DNA of 43,377 nucleotides from Rhizaria sp. SCN 62-66 (Eukaryota), in assembly GCA_001724265.1 (NCBI GenBank), contig MEDY01000264.1:1-43377 (forward strand), in the 5' to 3' direction. Below, one piece after another: positions 18,741-30,797 of this stretch. The notes below the pieces were generated by a model that searched no databases, was not told the origin of the DNA, and saw only the letters and a program-made list of their open reading frames with translations. The position numbers and the translations under genes are program-made. Position 1 is the first letter of the stretch. The number at the start of each line of letters is the position of its first letter.

Positions 18741-21155
18741 TCACTTGCGGCCACCACGCGTCTTGGCACCAACAACCAGCGTCGCACCGGGCGCGAAGTT
18801 GTACGCTGCGAGCGAGCTTGCGTCCTTGTTCAAGTACACGCCGTTCGAACTCACCTTCATCTTCTTAGCCGGGAACCCGCCCAGCAGCCCCTCAATCAGC
18901 GTCTTGACGTCGCCCGCCGTCGTCGCGAGGCCCTGCGGCAGCTCGAGCTCCACGCGCTGGCCCGCGCAGCCGAACTCGTCCGCGCCCTCGCCCGCCGCGG
19001 GCGCCTGTACAGTGAACGTGACGGGGCCGGGGTGCTGCGCCAGCCAGTCCGCCTCCGACACCAGCGCCGCCGCCGCCGCCGCCGCCGCCGCCATCGATCC
19101 GCTGACGTAGTTCGCGGGGGCGCCAATGACAGGTCCGGAGACGATCGCGGGGCCCAAGCCGTGCGGCAGCGGGGGAAGCGACACCTCCGCGGCCGCGGCG
19201 GCGGTGTTGGCGGCCGTCTGCTGGCTGATGGCATCAGCGGTGCGCGCGCGCTTCATAGCCTGCGACAGCGCCTCTGCGCCACCGGCGATCGCGGCCGCGA
19301 CGGAGCCCACGCCACCAGGCAGCGGGGGCGCGAAACCCTGCGCAGCCGCGGCAGTCACGGGCACTGCCCCCGCTGTCCCCGCAGTCCCGGCAGTCGCTGC
19401 GGTCGATGCGGAGGCAGTGGAGACGCCGGGGCCGAGTGCGGGGCCGGCAATTGCGCCCGCGGCGGCGAGCGGTACCGCGGACTTGGTGACGTTGATCGGC
19501 AGCCCCGTCGCCGAGGCGAGCGACGCGGCCACGGCGGCAGCAGCGGCCTCGGCGGGGGCGGAGACCGCCGCCGCGGGCGCGGGCGCGGCGCCGGCCTTGC
19601 GTTGCTGGCTGCCCTTGGCAAGCGCGGCGGCGATGGCCTCGCCCGTGGCGAGCGACGAGTCGGCCTTGCGCGCCTCGATGGCCTGCTTCTGCTCGCGCCA
19701 CCGCGGGTCGAGCAGCTCGATGCGCATGTGCTCCTGCAGCTGCGCGGTCGGCACCAACGTCTTGCAGATCGGACACACCTGTGTCTGCGCGGCCGCCAGC
19801 ACGGCTGCGGTCGTCGACGGCGCCACGGCGGCCACCGCAGCGGCGGCGGCGGCGGTCGCGGCAGCGGCGGCGGCGGCGGTGAGCACGGCCGCGGGCGCTT
19901 CCTCTCCGCGCATGGCGCCCGTGACGGCGTCGAGCTCGCCCGCGGCCGCGCCGGCCCCCGCGGCCGCGGCGGCGGCGTCGGCGGCGTCGGTGGCCACACC
20001 CATCTCTGCGGCCAGCGCGGCCTGGCGTTCGGCCTCGGCTTCCGCGGCGGCCTCTGCGGCGTCGCGTGCGGCGGCGGCGCGGAGTGACAGCGCACGCACG
20101 ATGGCGTCGATGCCCTGCTGCGGCTCGGGCAAGTATGCGTCCTCCTCGGGCGCGAAGTGGACCGTCTCGACAACGGCGAAGTCGTGCCAGTCGACCTGCA
20201 GCATGCGCACGGCCTCGGCCTCCTCCTCGGCGGCGCCGGCGGCCGCGGCGGCCTTGAGCGCGCGCGCGCGGTGCGCATGCCGCCGTAGCAGCGCGACCAG
20301 GTCTGCGCCGCCCAGCCCGAGGGCCTCGTGCGCGCGCTCTAAGTCGGCGAGCGTGGTCGCGATCTGACCCGCGGTGCCGGCGGGCGGGACGAGGACCGAC
20401 TTGTAGGACTCGACAAGGGCTTGGAAGTAGACGAAGTTCGGGTGCGTGGGCTGGAGGAAGTCGAACGCAGCGGGCGGCAGCGGCCACCAGTCGGCCTCGG
20501 TGCCTTCGCCGGGGCCGGGCGCGCGGCCGTGAGCGCGGCGGCGCGCGGCGTCGGCGAGCGCGGCGAGGAAGCGGCGACCGTTGCGCGCTACAGTGAGCGC
20601 GGTGAGCTTCACGATGTCCAGGTCAACCGCGGGCGCGGTCGGGGGGTGGCGCACGGCAAAGCGGGATGGCAGCACGGGCGGCGCGGGCAGCGCGGCGGAC
20701 TCGGCCACGGCGGCGCTGGCGGCAGCGGCAGCGGCGGGCGGCGCGGAGGGAAGGTCAGGCAGAGCGGCGCGGTGGACCGAGGCCATGAGACGCTCGTACA
20801 GAGTCGGAGGCTTCGCGGGCGCGACGGGCTCGGCCGCCGCGGGGGGCTCGGCGGACTCCGCGGCGGCGGAGGCGGTGGCGGCTGTTGCGGAGTCGGGGAG
20901 CACGAGAGCGTCGCCGTGGAGGATGCGCTGGCGATAGTAAACATGATACGGGTGCGAAGGCTGCAGGAAGCCGAACTGGGGGACGTCCTTCTTGGCGGCC
21001 ATGATCTTTGCCTCAAAGGATGGGCCCTTGGTTTTAACGCTATCCGCGGTGAAGTCAATCGTCTTGCGCTCTTCGATCGAAGGGACAATCATCGGCGCAT
21101 CAGGCGCGCCTGCTGCGGGAGGCACACCGGATGCGCCTGCAACGGTTGTCGCCAT
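18741..21155 (-). CDS. SF3A1: Splicing factor 3A subunit 1 (Prp21/SF3a120), 804 aa
   Basis: Two SURP domains (IDFTADSVKTKGPSFEAKI...FGFLQPSHPYHVYY; DLDIVKLTALTVARNGRRFL...FDFLQPTHPNFVYF), VDWHDFAVVETVHF, CPICKTLVP..LQEHMRIELLDPRWREQK, C-terminal ubiquitin-like domain ending RGGRK. ATG 21155 follows a CCGCAG acceptor-like site at the AT/GC boundary. Stop TGA. Confidence 0.95.
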   Translation of the reverse strand: MATTVAGASGVPPAAGAPDAPMIVPSIEERKTIDFTADSVKTKGPSFEAKIMAAKKDVPQFGFLQPSHPYHVYYRQRILHGDALVLPDSATAATASAAAESAEPPAAAEPVAPAKPPTLYERLMASVHRAALPDLPSAPPAAAAAASAAVAESAALPAPPVLPSRFAVRHPPTAPAVDLDIVKLTALTVARNGRRFLAALADAARRRAHGRAPGPGEGTEADWWPLPPAAFDFLQPTHPNFVYFQALVESYKSVLVPPAGTAGQIATTLADLERAHEALGLGGADLVALLRRHAHRARALKAAAAAGAAEEEAEAVRMLQVDWHDFAVVETVHFAPEEDAYLPEPQQGIDAIVRALSLRAAAARDAAEAAAEAEAERQAALAAEMGVATDAADAAAAAAGAGAAAGELDAVTGAMRGEEAPAAVLTAAAAAAATAAAAAAVAAVAPSTTAAVLAAAQTQVCPICKTLVPTAQLQEHMRIELLDPRWREQKQAIEARKADSSLATGEAIAAALAKGSQQRKAGAAPAPAAAVSAPAEAAAAAVAASLASATGLPINVTKSAVPLAAAGAIAGPALGPGVSTASASTAATAGTAGTAGAVPVTAAAAQGFAPPLPGGVGSVAAAIAGGAEALSQAMKRARTADAISQQTAANTAAAAAEVSLPPLPHGLGPAIVSGPVIGAPANYVSGSMAAAAAAAAALVSEADWLAQHPGPVTFTVQAPAAGEGADEFGCAGQRVELELPQGLATTAGDVKTLIEGLLGGFPAKKMKVSSNGVYLNKDASSLAAYNFAPGATLVVGAKTRGGRK

Positions 21156-21485
21156 CTGCGGATAAAGCGATAAAAAAAGACAGAACGTACATTTTGAGAA
21201 TGAGAAAATAGATTTCAATGGAAAGCAAGGTTAAAATATCAAATTCAAAACGATAGATCTAACATACGATTTTAGATGTGACAATCCTTGTTGAAAGATT
21301 CGATCCTTGGAGGGCTCGATCGATCGAGCAACTCAGATTCGGACCGCAACTGTGTCACGCTCAAAAGCAGAACTGTTTTTCAAGTGTACAACAAGCAACA
21401 CAAGGTCTTCAAGTGAAGAATAAAAAACTCTGTATTTATCTGGTTAATAATTAAGTGCTAGATATAAATTAATCAGTGCTTGTTT

Positions 21486-24400
21486 TCACTGTGGGCCGTG
21501 GCCCTGTCCCGAGCGCCCATACATCGCGGGGTACTGCATCATATGCATCCCTTGTGGCATCCCCTGTGGCATGCCCGGAGGCATCGTCGCCTGCGCGCTC
21601 GGCGCCATCAGCTGTCCGGGCGTGGAGTACCCCGCGCGTGATCCGAGGGACGGTGCCCCAGACAGGAAAGTCGGCATGCCCCCAGTCGCGGGCTGACCAT
21701 AGCCGTGCGGGACAAACATCTGCTGTTGCACTTGCACTGGCGTCTGCGCACGCTCTTGCTGCACCGCTTGTTGCGCGAGCAGCTCTTGCTGTTGCTGCAG
21801 CATCTGCTCCTGCTGTTGCTGCTGTTGCGCGATCAGAACTTGCTGCTGCTGTATATGCTGCTGCTGGAGCTGCTGCTGCTGCAACTGCTGCTGCTGCTGA
21901 ATCTGCTGCGCAACGAGATATTGCTCAATCAGATTCCCTTGCGCCGCTTCGAGCCCGACGCCTCCGAGCGCCGACGCGCCGTACACGCCATACGGCCCCG
22001 CATTGAGGTCGTCAAGAGCACTGACGTCAGCAAGCCCAACACTGCCGAGCGCGCCGAGTCCCGGGCCGTAGCCCGCCGCTGCCGCTGCGGCGGCTGCGGC
22101 GACGGCGTTCATGTCGACCTGGGGCAAGCCCGAAGCGCTGAGCGGGAGCGAAAGCCCTACGCTCGCGGCAACCTCGGCCGCCACGGCATCCGCAACCGCC
22201 AAACCACCACCTGCGGCAGCGGCGGCTGCGCGCGCGTTGGCGTCCGCGGAGTCTGCGTCGGGGCCGAACTCGCCGCCGTTACCTCCAGAGCCCGCGGCGG
22301 CGGCTGCGGAGGGCAGCGCCGGGTACTCCGACCCCGCGACGCCGAGAGCAGAGACGAGATGCTGTGACATCCCGGGGGGCGCAAGCACACCTTCGCGCTG
22401 CGCCTGGAGCAGCTGCGCCACGGACTGAGCCGCGAGCCCGTCTGCGAGCCGCTGCACGCGCAGGTTCGCGTTGTGCGCCGCCAAGAGCGTCTGCGCAAGC
22501 TGTTGCTGCAGTGCGACGTGCATGGACCCGATGCGCTCGGCGTAAGAAGCGAGGAGCTGCACGAGCTCAGCCGCGCCGGCGACACCGCCCGCGCCATCAC
22601 CGCCGCCACCGAGGCCGAGGCCGTTGTTGTCATGTGCCACGAGTCCGCTGGGCCCGGGGCCGGGGCCGTAGCCACCGCCGAGCATTCCGCCCAGACCGGC
22701 AGCGCTGAGACCGGCGGCGCCAAGTCCACTGGGTGCGCCGAGCCCCCCAGGGCCGCCGAGACTACCGGCGCCAAGGCCGCCGGCGAGCCCTTGCGGCGTG
22801 AGCCCCTGTTGCGGGATTCCTGGCGGCTGGAGCCCGGGCTGCTGCTGCTGTTGTTGTTGTTGCTGCTGCTGCATAAGGTTCGCCAGCGGGAGCCCGCCGG
22901 GCATGTTATGCGGCAACAATCCAGCGGCGGCGCTCTGCATCTGCATGCCGGGCGGCATCAGACTCGGCGATGGGAGCCCGCCGTGCTGCACTCCGGGCGA
23001 CTGCAGTCCATGCGAAGGCAGACTCGCCGCCTGCATGCTGGGCGGCTGCAGACTGACGCTGTGCGACGCCATGCTCGGCGGCTGCAGGCTCGGCGGCTGC
23101 ATACTGCGCGAGGGCAGACTCGGCGGCAGCAGACTCACCGGTGTGCGCGCCTGGCCCTGCGAGTGTGGCAACTGCGGCACGCGCATCACGCCCGGAACGC
23201 GTGGGGTACCCGCGACCGGCTGCGGCTGCGATGGCGGGCCAGAGGGCCAGTTCGCGAACGCCTGAGGCTGCGGCTTCTGTTGCTGTTGCTGTTGATGTTG
23301 TTGTTGCTCTTGCTCTGGCTGTGGTTGCTGAAGCTGTGCAGCGGCATCATTGTCGTTTTTGCCGCCGCCGTCGGCGTCCGCCGCAAGAGGTGGCACATCC
23401 CCATCGTAGTCCGTGTCGCCAGGCTGAGGCTTACGCTCAGGATCGTCGAGTGCGTCGGCCTTCTCAGACGCTCCATTATCGCCTTTAGGACCGTTATTGG
23501 ACGCAGTGTCAGCGTTGGCCGCGTCACCGGCGGCATTGTCGCCGCCCTTGCCGTCATTGTCACCATCGCCGTGGTCTTGATCATGATCTGGCTCTGGACC
23601 CTGCTCTTGGTCGAGATCGAGCCCCACTGCAGGTTTGGGCAGGTCGTCAACTTCACCGTTGCCTTGCTGCCCACGGTCACCCTGCTCACGGTCACCAGAG
23701 GCGACGCTAGCCGCATCAGTCCCAGCAACCTGCGCCTGGCTTGCCGTCAGAGCATCAGCAGCAGCCTCAGCTTGCTTCGCTGCAAGCGCGGCTTCCTGCG
23801 CAGCAGCCTCCCTGGCGCGCGCGATCGCCTCCCGGGCAGCCTCTTTCGCGGCGGTGTCCTTGGCGACCGCGAGCGCAGAAGGTGCGTTGAGCGCCAGCGG
23901 TCCGCCGGGGCCGGACACACCAACGACGGGGGACATAAAGCCGGCGTCGCTGGCTACGCTCGCCATGTACGACAGCGGCGGCCGGGAGCCAACGCCGTTC
24001 GCGCCCGCGTTTCCGTTCGCTGTGGCTGCATTTGTGGCGGAGGAGACGGACGCGGCCGCCAAGGCCGGCGCTGCGGGCGGCAACGCCCCCACACCCCCGA
24101 CGCCGCCGAGGCCCGCATTGCTGCTGAGCGCGAAGCCGCCGGGCGCGGAGCTCGCGCTGGAGCTAGCGCCGGCGCCCGCGAGACTGGGCGGCACGGGGGA
24201 AAACGTCACCGCTGACGCAAACGGAGGCGCGGCGAGCGGCGCAGCGGAGAGGGCCGCAGGGGCCTTGCGTTCACCGATCTTGCGGTAACCGCCGCCGCCG
24301 CCGCTCGCACCCACTGCGACGCTCGCGCTGATGCTGGCGGTGGCGCTTGCGCTGGCGGTGCTGGGTGACGGAGTGCCGAGAGCAGGCTTCGCATTGCCTG

Positions 24401-27400
24401 CGGCGATGTCTGCGGCCGACGGGACTGCGGTGACGGCGGCGGCGGCCCCGGAAGCCTTAGCTGCGGTGGCCGCCGCAGTGCGGGTGAGCCCCGGTGGGAG
24501 CGCGAACGCTGCGCCAGTGCGGCCTGAGGCGAGGACGCCGAACGCGCCCTCCGCGATGCCGCGCTGGGGCATCATGACCGTCGCGGCCGTCTTAAGTGCA
24601 GTGTGAGCGAGCACGGGGGGCGGCGCTTGAGCCGCCGTCGCAGCGGAGACAGCGGCGGCGGCGGGCGGGGACAGCGCGGGCGGGACGACGGCCGCAGGCG
24701 GGATGACCGCGGAGGGCGGTACGATGGCGGGGGCGGGCGGCACGGCGGCCGGGGGCAGCACGGCGGCCGGCGGCGCGGCTGAGACGGTGGCGGCGGAGTG
24801 AAAGCCCGGCGGCGCGAGGGGCAGCGACACCGCGCTGGCGCCGGCGCTGACTGCGCTGCTAGATCTATTGTGTGCGGACAGCGGGCCCGCCGGCAGCTGC
24901 GCGAGGTTTATGCCCGCAGCCGCGCCAGCGCTCGCGGCAGAGCCAGTGCCGGGGCCAGTGCTAGGGCCGGAGGCGGGCGCGGTGGACGCGGAAGCGGCTG
25001 TACTGGAGGCCTGGGGGCTGAAGGCGCTGGGCATCGGTGTAGGCATGAGTGCGGGCACTATGGCGCCGGGAGAAGAAACAGTCGTTGTATGAGGCTGTCC
25101 ACTGCGTCCGTGTCCGTGTCCGTGTCCGTGATGGCCGTGCTTTTGACTGTGGCCGTGTCCATGCCCGTGGTGGCCGTGGCCGTGAGCAACAGAGTGACCG
25201 TGAGCGGCGAGGTGGTGTCCGGACGAGGCGTGCGCGGCCGCCGACCCCGATGAGTGGTGACTGTGAGCTGAGTGACTGTGAGCGGAGTGGCTGTGAGCAA
25301 GTGCACTGTGCGGCGGCATTGGGTCGGCGCCGCCTTCTTCTTCCTCTTCTTCCTCGCCTCCGGGCACCGGCAGTCCGCCCTTGTTCGCACCGCCACTGCC
25401 ATTTCCGCCGCCGAAGCCAACGCCGCCGCCGAAGCTGAGTCCAAGTCCGCCCGGCACGGCCGCCACGCGCGCGGGCGACGGAACCGGCCCTTGTCCCGCC
25501 ACAAACGCGGCCCCCGGCGGCTGCAGCGCTGTCCCGGGCGGCTGTAGCGCGGCGGGCGGCGCGGCGAGCCTTGCGGCCGACAGCGCAGACGCAGGAGCTG
25601 TGCGCGCGGCCGAGACGGCGGCTTGCGTGTGCGCGCGCGGGCGCAAGCGCGGACTGCCCTCCGCTGCTGAGGCGGCGGCTGCTGCTGCTGCTGCTGCTGC
25701 TGCAATGGCGGCGGCGTGTGCGGCGGCGGGGTGCATGATGAGGTCGGAGCCGGAACTGAGGCCCGAGGGCGCGGGGCCAGACTGCATCACGGCCATCGCG
25801 GGCGGGGACAGTGCAACACTCGCGCCGCCGCCGCCGCCACCGCCTGCAGCGTCGAGACCGTGAGCCGGGCTGTCGCTGGCGCCGCCGTCGCCGCCATAGG
25901 GTGCGGTGAGGCCGAGTGTGCCGCTGGCGCTGGTGCTTATGCTCGCGTGCAGCTGCGCTGACTCAGTCGCATCGCCCGTTGCAGCAGCAGCAGCGGCGGC
26001 AGCGTTGGAGGCGGTAGCAGCAGAGGCAGCGGCGGCGGCAATAACGGCAGCGGTCGCGGCAGTCCCGGCGTCGTTGTCGTCACCGCGGCCGTCCTCCGCG
26101 TCCTCAGGTGCATCGCTGGCACTGTCTGCCGCGTGGAGGGCCACCAGAGACGGCGACGCCGCCGGGGACGCCGAGGGCGAGCCCTGGAGCGAGGTTTCAC
26201 CGGACGACGGCTCCGCGAACGTCGCGCGGCGCTGCACCGCGCTGAAGCCACCGCGCTTCGACGCGGAGGAAGCGTCGGTCTCGTGCGCGTGCGCAGCGGA
26301 GAACGGGAGCGAGCCCAGATGGCGCAGCGCCGCCGGGCCGCCGGAGGGAAACGACTGCGCGGCTGATGAGGCTGCGGTGGGCGCGGCGGAAAGCGTGACG
26401 GAGCGGCCGCGCGGGGCGACTGAAGCCAGCGCAGTCGTCGTCGCTGTCGCGGTGGTCACGGCAACGGGCACGATCGGTGTCGCCCGTGGCGCCGCCATCG
26501 CTACACTCCCACTCCCAGTCCCAGTCGCAGAGCCTGTCACCGTTGCGGACTCAGTGCCCCCTGGTGACGGCCCGCTGGTTGAGGGGCCGCCGGTGGGAGC
26601 GAGCGGCGCGGGCGACTCTGACTGCGAAAGCGCCAGCGCCGGCGACGGCGAGTCCGCAGCACCCGCGAGCGCCTGGGCCTGCGAGTGCGGCCGCGACTGC
26701 TGCACGGAGGCGAGGCCGGGCGGTGTGGCGGTCGACCTCGGCAGCGGACTCGGACTCGGACTGCCACCACCAGTGCCAGTTCCAGCGCCCGCGCCCGCGC
26801 CCACAGCTCTTGCGCCACCGAGACCAAGACCCATTGCACCGTTGCCGCTGCCGTGACCGCTGGAGCTGGTGACGAGCGGCGCGTGACCGGGGGGCGCAAA
26901 AGCGAGGCCGTGCGGCGACCCGTGGCTGCTGCTGTAGGCGTGGCCCGGCCGCGGCATCGGTCCCTGCGTTTGCGTCTGACTCGGAGCCTGACTCTGTTGG
27001 AGGTAGGGACCTTGGCTCTGCGTCTGCGCCTGGCTGCGGCCTGCGGTGCCGTTGACAGCGCCACCCGCGGTGTTGTTGTTGCTGGCAGTCGCGGTCAAGA
27101 GCCCCGGCGAGCCCCGCGTAAGCCCTCGGCCCGCGGCCCCGATGCTGTGGAGGCTCGGCGCATGACTGTGGGCCGTGGACGGCGCCGGACTGGAGCCCCC
27201 CAGGCCCATGCCACCGGGCGCTGTGGCGATAAACCCGCTCGGCGCTGGCGCGAGCGACGGCTGCTGCGCTAAAGCAGGCGCGGACACCAGCACAGGCACG
27301 GGCGCTGGCGCAGGCGCTGAGACGAGCGACACCGGGACCGTGCCGTTGGCAACCGCAGCGGCAGCGGCGGCGGCCATGTACGCGGAGGACGACGGGCTCA

Positions 27401-30400
27401 TTGGCGACGCGGGCGGATACCCAGCGGTACCAGGGGTACCGGTGGTGGCGCCAGCTGCGAGGCCGAGCCCCAGCCCCAGACCTAGGCCAGGACTGAGACC
27501 GGAGCCGGAGCCTTGCGCTTGCAGTGCCTGGACCTGCGACTGGGGAGTCTGTGCTTGCGGGTGCGGCGGCGTGAGCGCCTTGGCCGAGGCACCCCCGGGG
27601 GCCGCGGCGGGCGGCGGGAAGTCAAGCCGCCTGGGCGACGCGTCCCCGGTGTCGGCGAACAGCCGCGTCGCCGCCCCGGGCGCGCCCACCAGGGCCGTCG
27701 TGTTGCTGGACAGGGCGAGGGGCGGGAGCGGCGGCGCGCCGGCGGGCGGCAGCGTCGGCGCGGGGGACAGCGACGACGACTGCGGCAGCCCCGACTGCAG
27801 CGGAGACTGCGAGTGCGCGGACTGAGAGAGCAGTGAGTGCGACTGCGGCAGCGCTGGTGACGACTGCGGCGGCGCCGGTGACGACGGGGGCAGGCCCGGC
27901 GACGACGGCGGGAGGCCGGGCGACCCCCGCGACACGCTGCCACTACCGTTGCCGTTGCCGTTGCTGTTGTTGGCGAGTGCGGCGCTGAGGAAGCCCGAGC
28001 CGGCGCTGACAGGGGTGCGCGACAGCGGCTGGCCTCCGCGCCCCCCCGCCAGCGGCGGCGGCTGCAGCGCCGCGTTCAACCCCGAACCCGCGCCTGAGCC
28101 TACGCTGGCCCCCGCAGCCGCCGCCGGCGATGCCCCCAGTCCGAGGCCGAGCGCGGGGATGGGGGGGTGCTGCAGCGCGGCGGCGGGGTGCAGCACGGGC
28201 GAGTGCGCCGCGGACGCCGCGGCCGAGACGGGCGCCGACACTGGGGCGCCGCCGCCGCGCTGGCCCGCGAGCCCATCGCCAGCGCCAGAGCCAGCGATTT
28301 TGACCGCGGCCGAGGGGAGAGCAACCCCCCCTCCGCCGCCGCCGCCGCCCCATCCTGGCCCCCCCGGTCCGCCGGGTCCGGCCGCGCCCCCGGGGACGGC
28401 GACGGAGACCTGGAGCGAGCCCGCGGCCGAGACGGCGTCTGATCCCCCCGACGCCGCCGACGCGGCGGAGGCGGCGGAGGCGCCAGACATGGCGCCGGTG
28501 AGCGGGTGAGGCGACAGCGCGGGGCCAGGCCGCGTCGCTCCGGGGGGAGTGGCCGCCGAGAGCGAGCGCGACGCAGCGACTGAGCCGGGTGCAGACACTG
28601 GCAGAGACGCTGGCACTGGCACTGGCACGGGCGCGGGCGCGGGGGCAGGCGGGACGGGGAGGGCGGGCGCTGCGGGGCTCAGACCGGAGCTGGCGAGCGG
28701 GGGCCGCGAGTGGTACTGTTGCTGCTGTTGCTGCTGCGGCTGGGAAGGTGGGAGAGTGGCGGCCAGAGGCAGCGTGGGCCGCGGCGACGACGACGGCGAG
28801 GGCGCAAGAGACTGCGGTCTCGACAGACCACCCACCGGCCCTGGCCCTGTTGCTGGTGCGACACCGGTCACGGTCACCGAGGCGGCCGCGTTCGCAGGAG
28901 CAGAAGGTCCGCCAGCGCCCGGGATGGCGGAGAAGGGCAGCTAGGCGCCGCTGCCCGCGGACAGCCCCGGCGTGTGGGACGGGGACAGCGACGCGAACAG
29001 CGGTTGCTGCGATGATGATAGCTGCTGCTGCAGCTGCTGCGGCTGCGAGAACTGGGACTGAGACGGCTGGGGCGAGTGGTGCTGCGCGCGGCCATGCGCG
29101 CCCATGCTCACTGGCGCCGGCGGTGGCAGCGACACTGCGGAGGCTTCGCGCGAGATCGCGCGCTGCATTAGCATGGCGGCGGCACCTGTGACCCCGCTGA
29201 CAGAACCCACGGGACCCGCGCCCCCAGACGCGGACAGCGGCGAGCCTGTCGCCGAGGCAGACGCCGCGGACACCGCGTGAAGTGACTGCGCCTGCGTCTG
29301 CAATTGTGAGTGGGAAGGGGACGAACGTACGTCGAAATTGGCCGCGCCGGGCGGCATCGCGCAGGGGGGCAGCACCACGGCTGGCGCCAGCGCAGGCGCC
29401 GGGGGCTCTGCGTCACCGTCGACATCAGCGGCGTTGACGGCGTTCTTGGCTCTGCCAGCCTCGGGCGCGGGCGCAGGCGCGGGTGTGGCGAGGACGCAGC
29501 CAGTCGGCGCACTGGTCGGCTCGGCGGAGGCACGCACTGGTGTCTGCACCTCAGTCTGTGGTTCAGTCTGCGGCCGTGTCTGAAGTGACCGAGTGTGCGT
29601 TTGCTGCTGCGACGCTGCGGCGGCTGGGGCGGCTGCGGCGGCGGCGGTTGCGACAGCGGCGGTGCGGCGGCGCGCCGGCGTGGCCGCGGGCGACAGCGCA
29701 TGCGCTCTACTGATACTCAAATTGGCACTGTCATTGTGACTGATATTGTTGTTATATATGTGTGCAGCCGCGCCGCGGTTTGGCGACTGCGACACCGACG
29801 GCGACGTGTTGAGCATGGGCTGAGCGTCTAGCACGCGCACGGGCTGCTGCGGCGACTGCACCTGCGACTGCGGACGCGGCTGCGCGTGTGTCGGGGGCAG
29901 CACCACCGCGCTCGAGACACTGACGTCGCTAGCGTTGCCGTCGGCGTCGCTGTGTGACTGCGACTGGATTAGCTGCGCCGTCGAGGAAGAGGCGTTCGGG
30001 GCGGCAGCGCGACTGCTGTAGTGGCTTGACTGCATGTAATTCAGCGGCGAGCTGAATGCAGCCAACCGCGCAGACTGAGGCGCGGGCGCAGCGCCGCTCA
30101 TTGCAGTTCCCGCGTTTGCGTTCACGGAGGCAGTCGACTGCGACTGCAGAGGCGCGGGCGAATGCGAGTATGCGGCAAGCGGGGGCGGCATGATGTCAGC
30201 GGGCAGCGTGAAGGTCACGTCGTCGTCGCTGCAGTCGCTGTTGCGGCCGCTGTGGCCGCCGGTGCCAGAGCTTCCTTCGCTGGCCCCGCGCTGGAGCCGC
30301 GGCGCCGCGGGCAGGCGCGGGCCCGCGGAGACGGCGGACATCTTGGGCGTGTGCGCGGCGGAGGACGCGGCGGAGATAATCGACTGCGCGCCCGTGACGG

Positions 30401-30797
30401 AGGCGCCGGGCAGCACTGCGAGGGCGAGGGAGGCGGCCGCGTGGGGCGGTGACGCTGCGGCTGCTGCGGCGTTGGAGGAGACTACAGCAGCGGCCGCGGA
30501 GGCAGACTGCGCAGATAGGAGCGGGAGGGGGTGCGACAGCGCCGAAGGGACAAACATGTTCTCAACAGGCGCGGCGCGAGCGGCGACGACGGGAGACCGG
30601 CCGTCGAGAACGGCGCCTGAGAGCAGCGAGACTGACGGGGACAGTGGGGAGAGCGGTTGCAGCAGGCTGCCGGACGAGGCGACGGTTGGTGCGGACAGAG
30701 ATGTGTCTGATTGGGCCTTAAGTGGCGCCAAGTTGGCGAGCCCATCGCGGGGCGCGTTGAGGGACGCACCCGACGGCGATGACTCACGAGCAGACAT
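21486..30797 (-). CDS. Giant low-complexity (Ala/Ser/Pro/Gly/Gln-rich) protein of unknown function; 3103 aa if the single in-frame TAG at 28943-28941 is read through
   Basis: ORFs 28941..30797 and 21486..28877 are in the same frame, separated only by one TAG. Uniform GC-rich composition bounded by AT-rich flanks. ATG 30797 has an upstream in-frame TGA; terminal TGA at 21488-21486. No recognised domain; a short predicted helical segment (ELVQLLASYAERIGSMHVALQQQLAQTLL) and a Gln-rich C-terminus. Confidence 0.7.
27841..27921 (-). repeat. Degenerate 21-nt tandem repeat (4 units) encoding PGLPPSS-PGLPPSS-PAPPQSS-PALPQS
   Basis: Plus-strand units such as gacgactgcggcggcgccggt / gacgacgggggcaggcccggc / gacgacggcgggaggccgggc. 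Confidence 0.75.

Noticed and set aside
21156-21218. Longer SF3A1 start given by the ORF track (TTG at 21218)
   Set aside because: The segment is AT-rich and intron-like, ending in CCGCAG just before ATG 21155.
14922-28943. Pyrrolysine or programmed readthrough as the explanation for the in-frame TAGs
   Set aside because: Pyrrolysine is not known in eukaryotes and no pyl genes are present; the TAGs lie in disordered regions with no shared downstream motif, and three sequential leaky stops would give negligible full-length protein.
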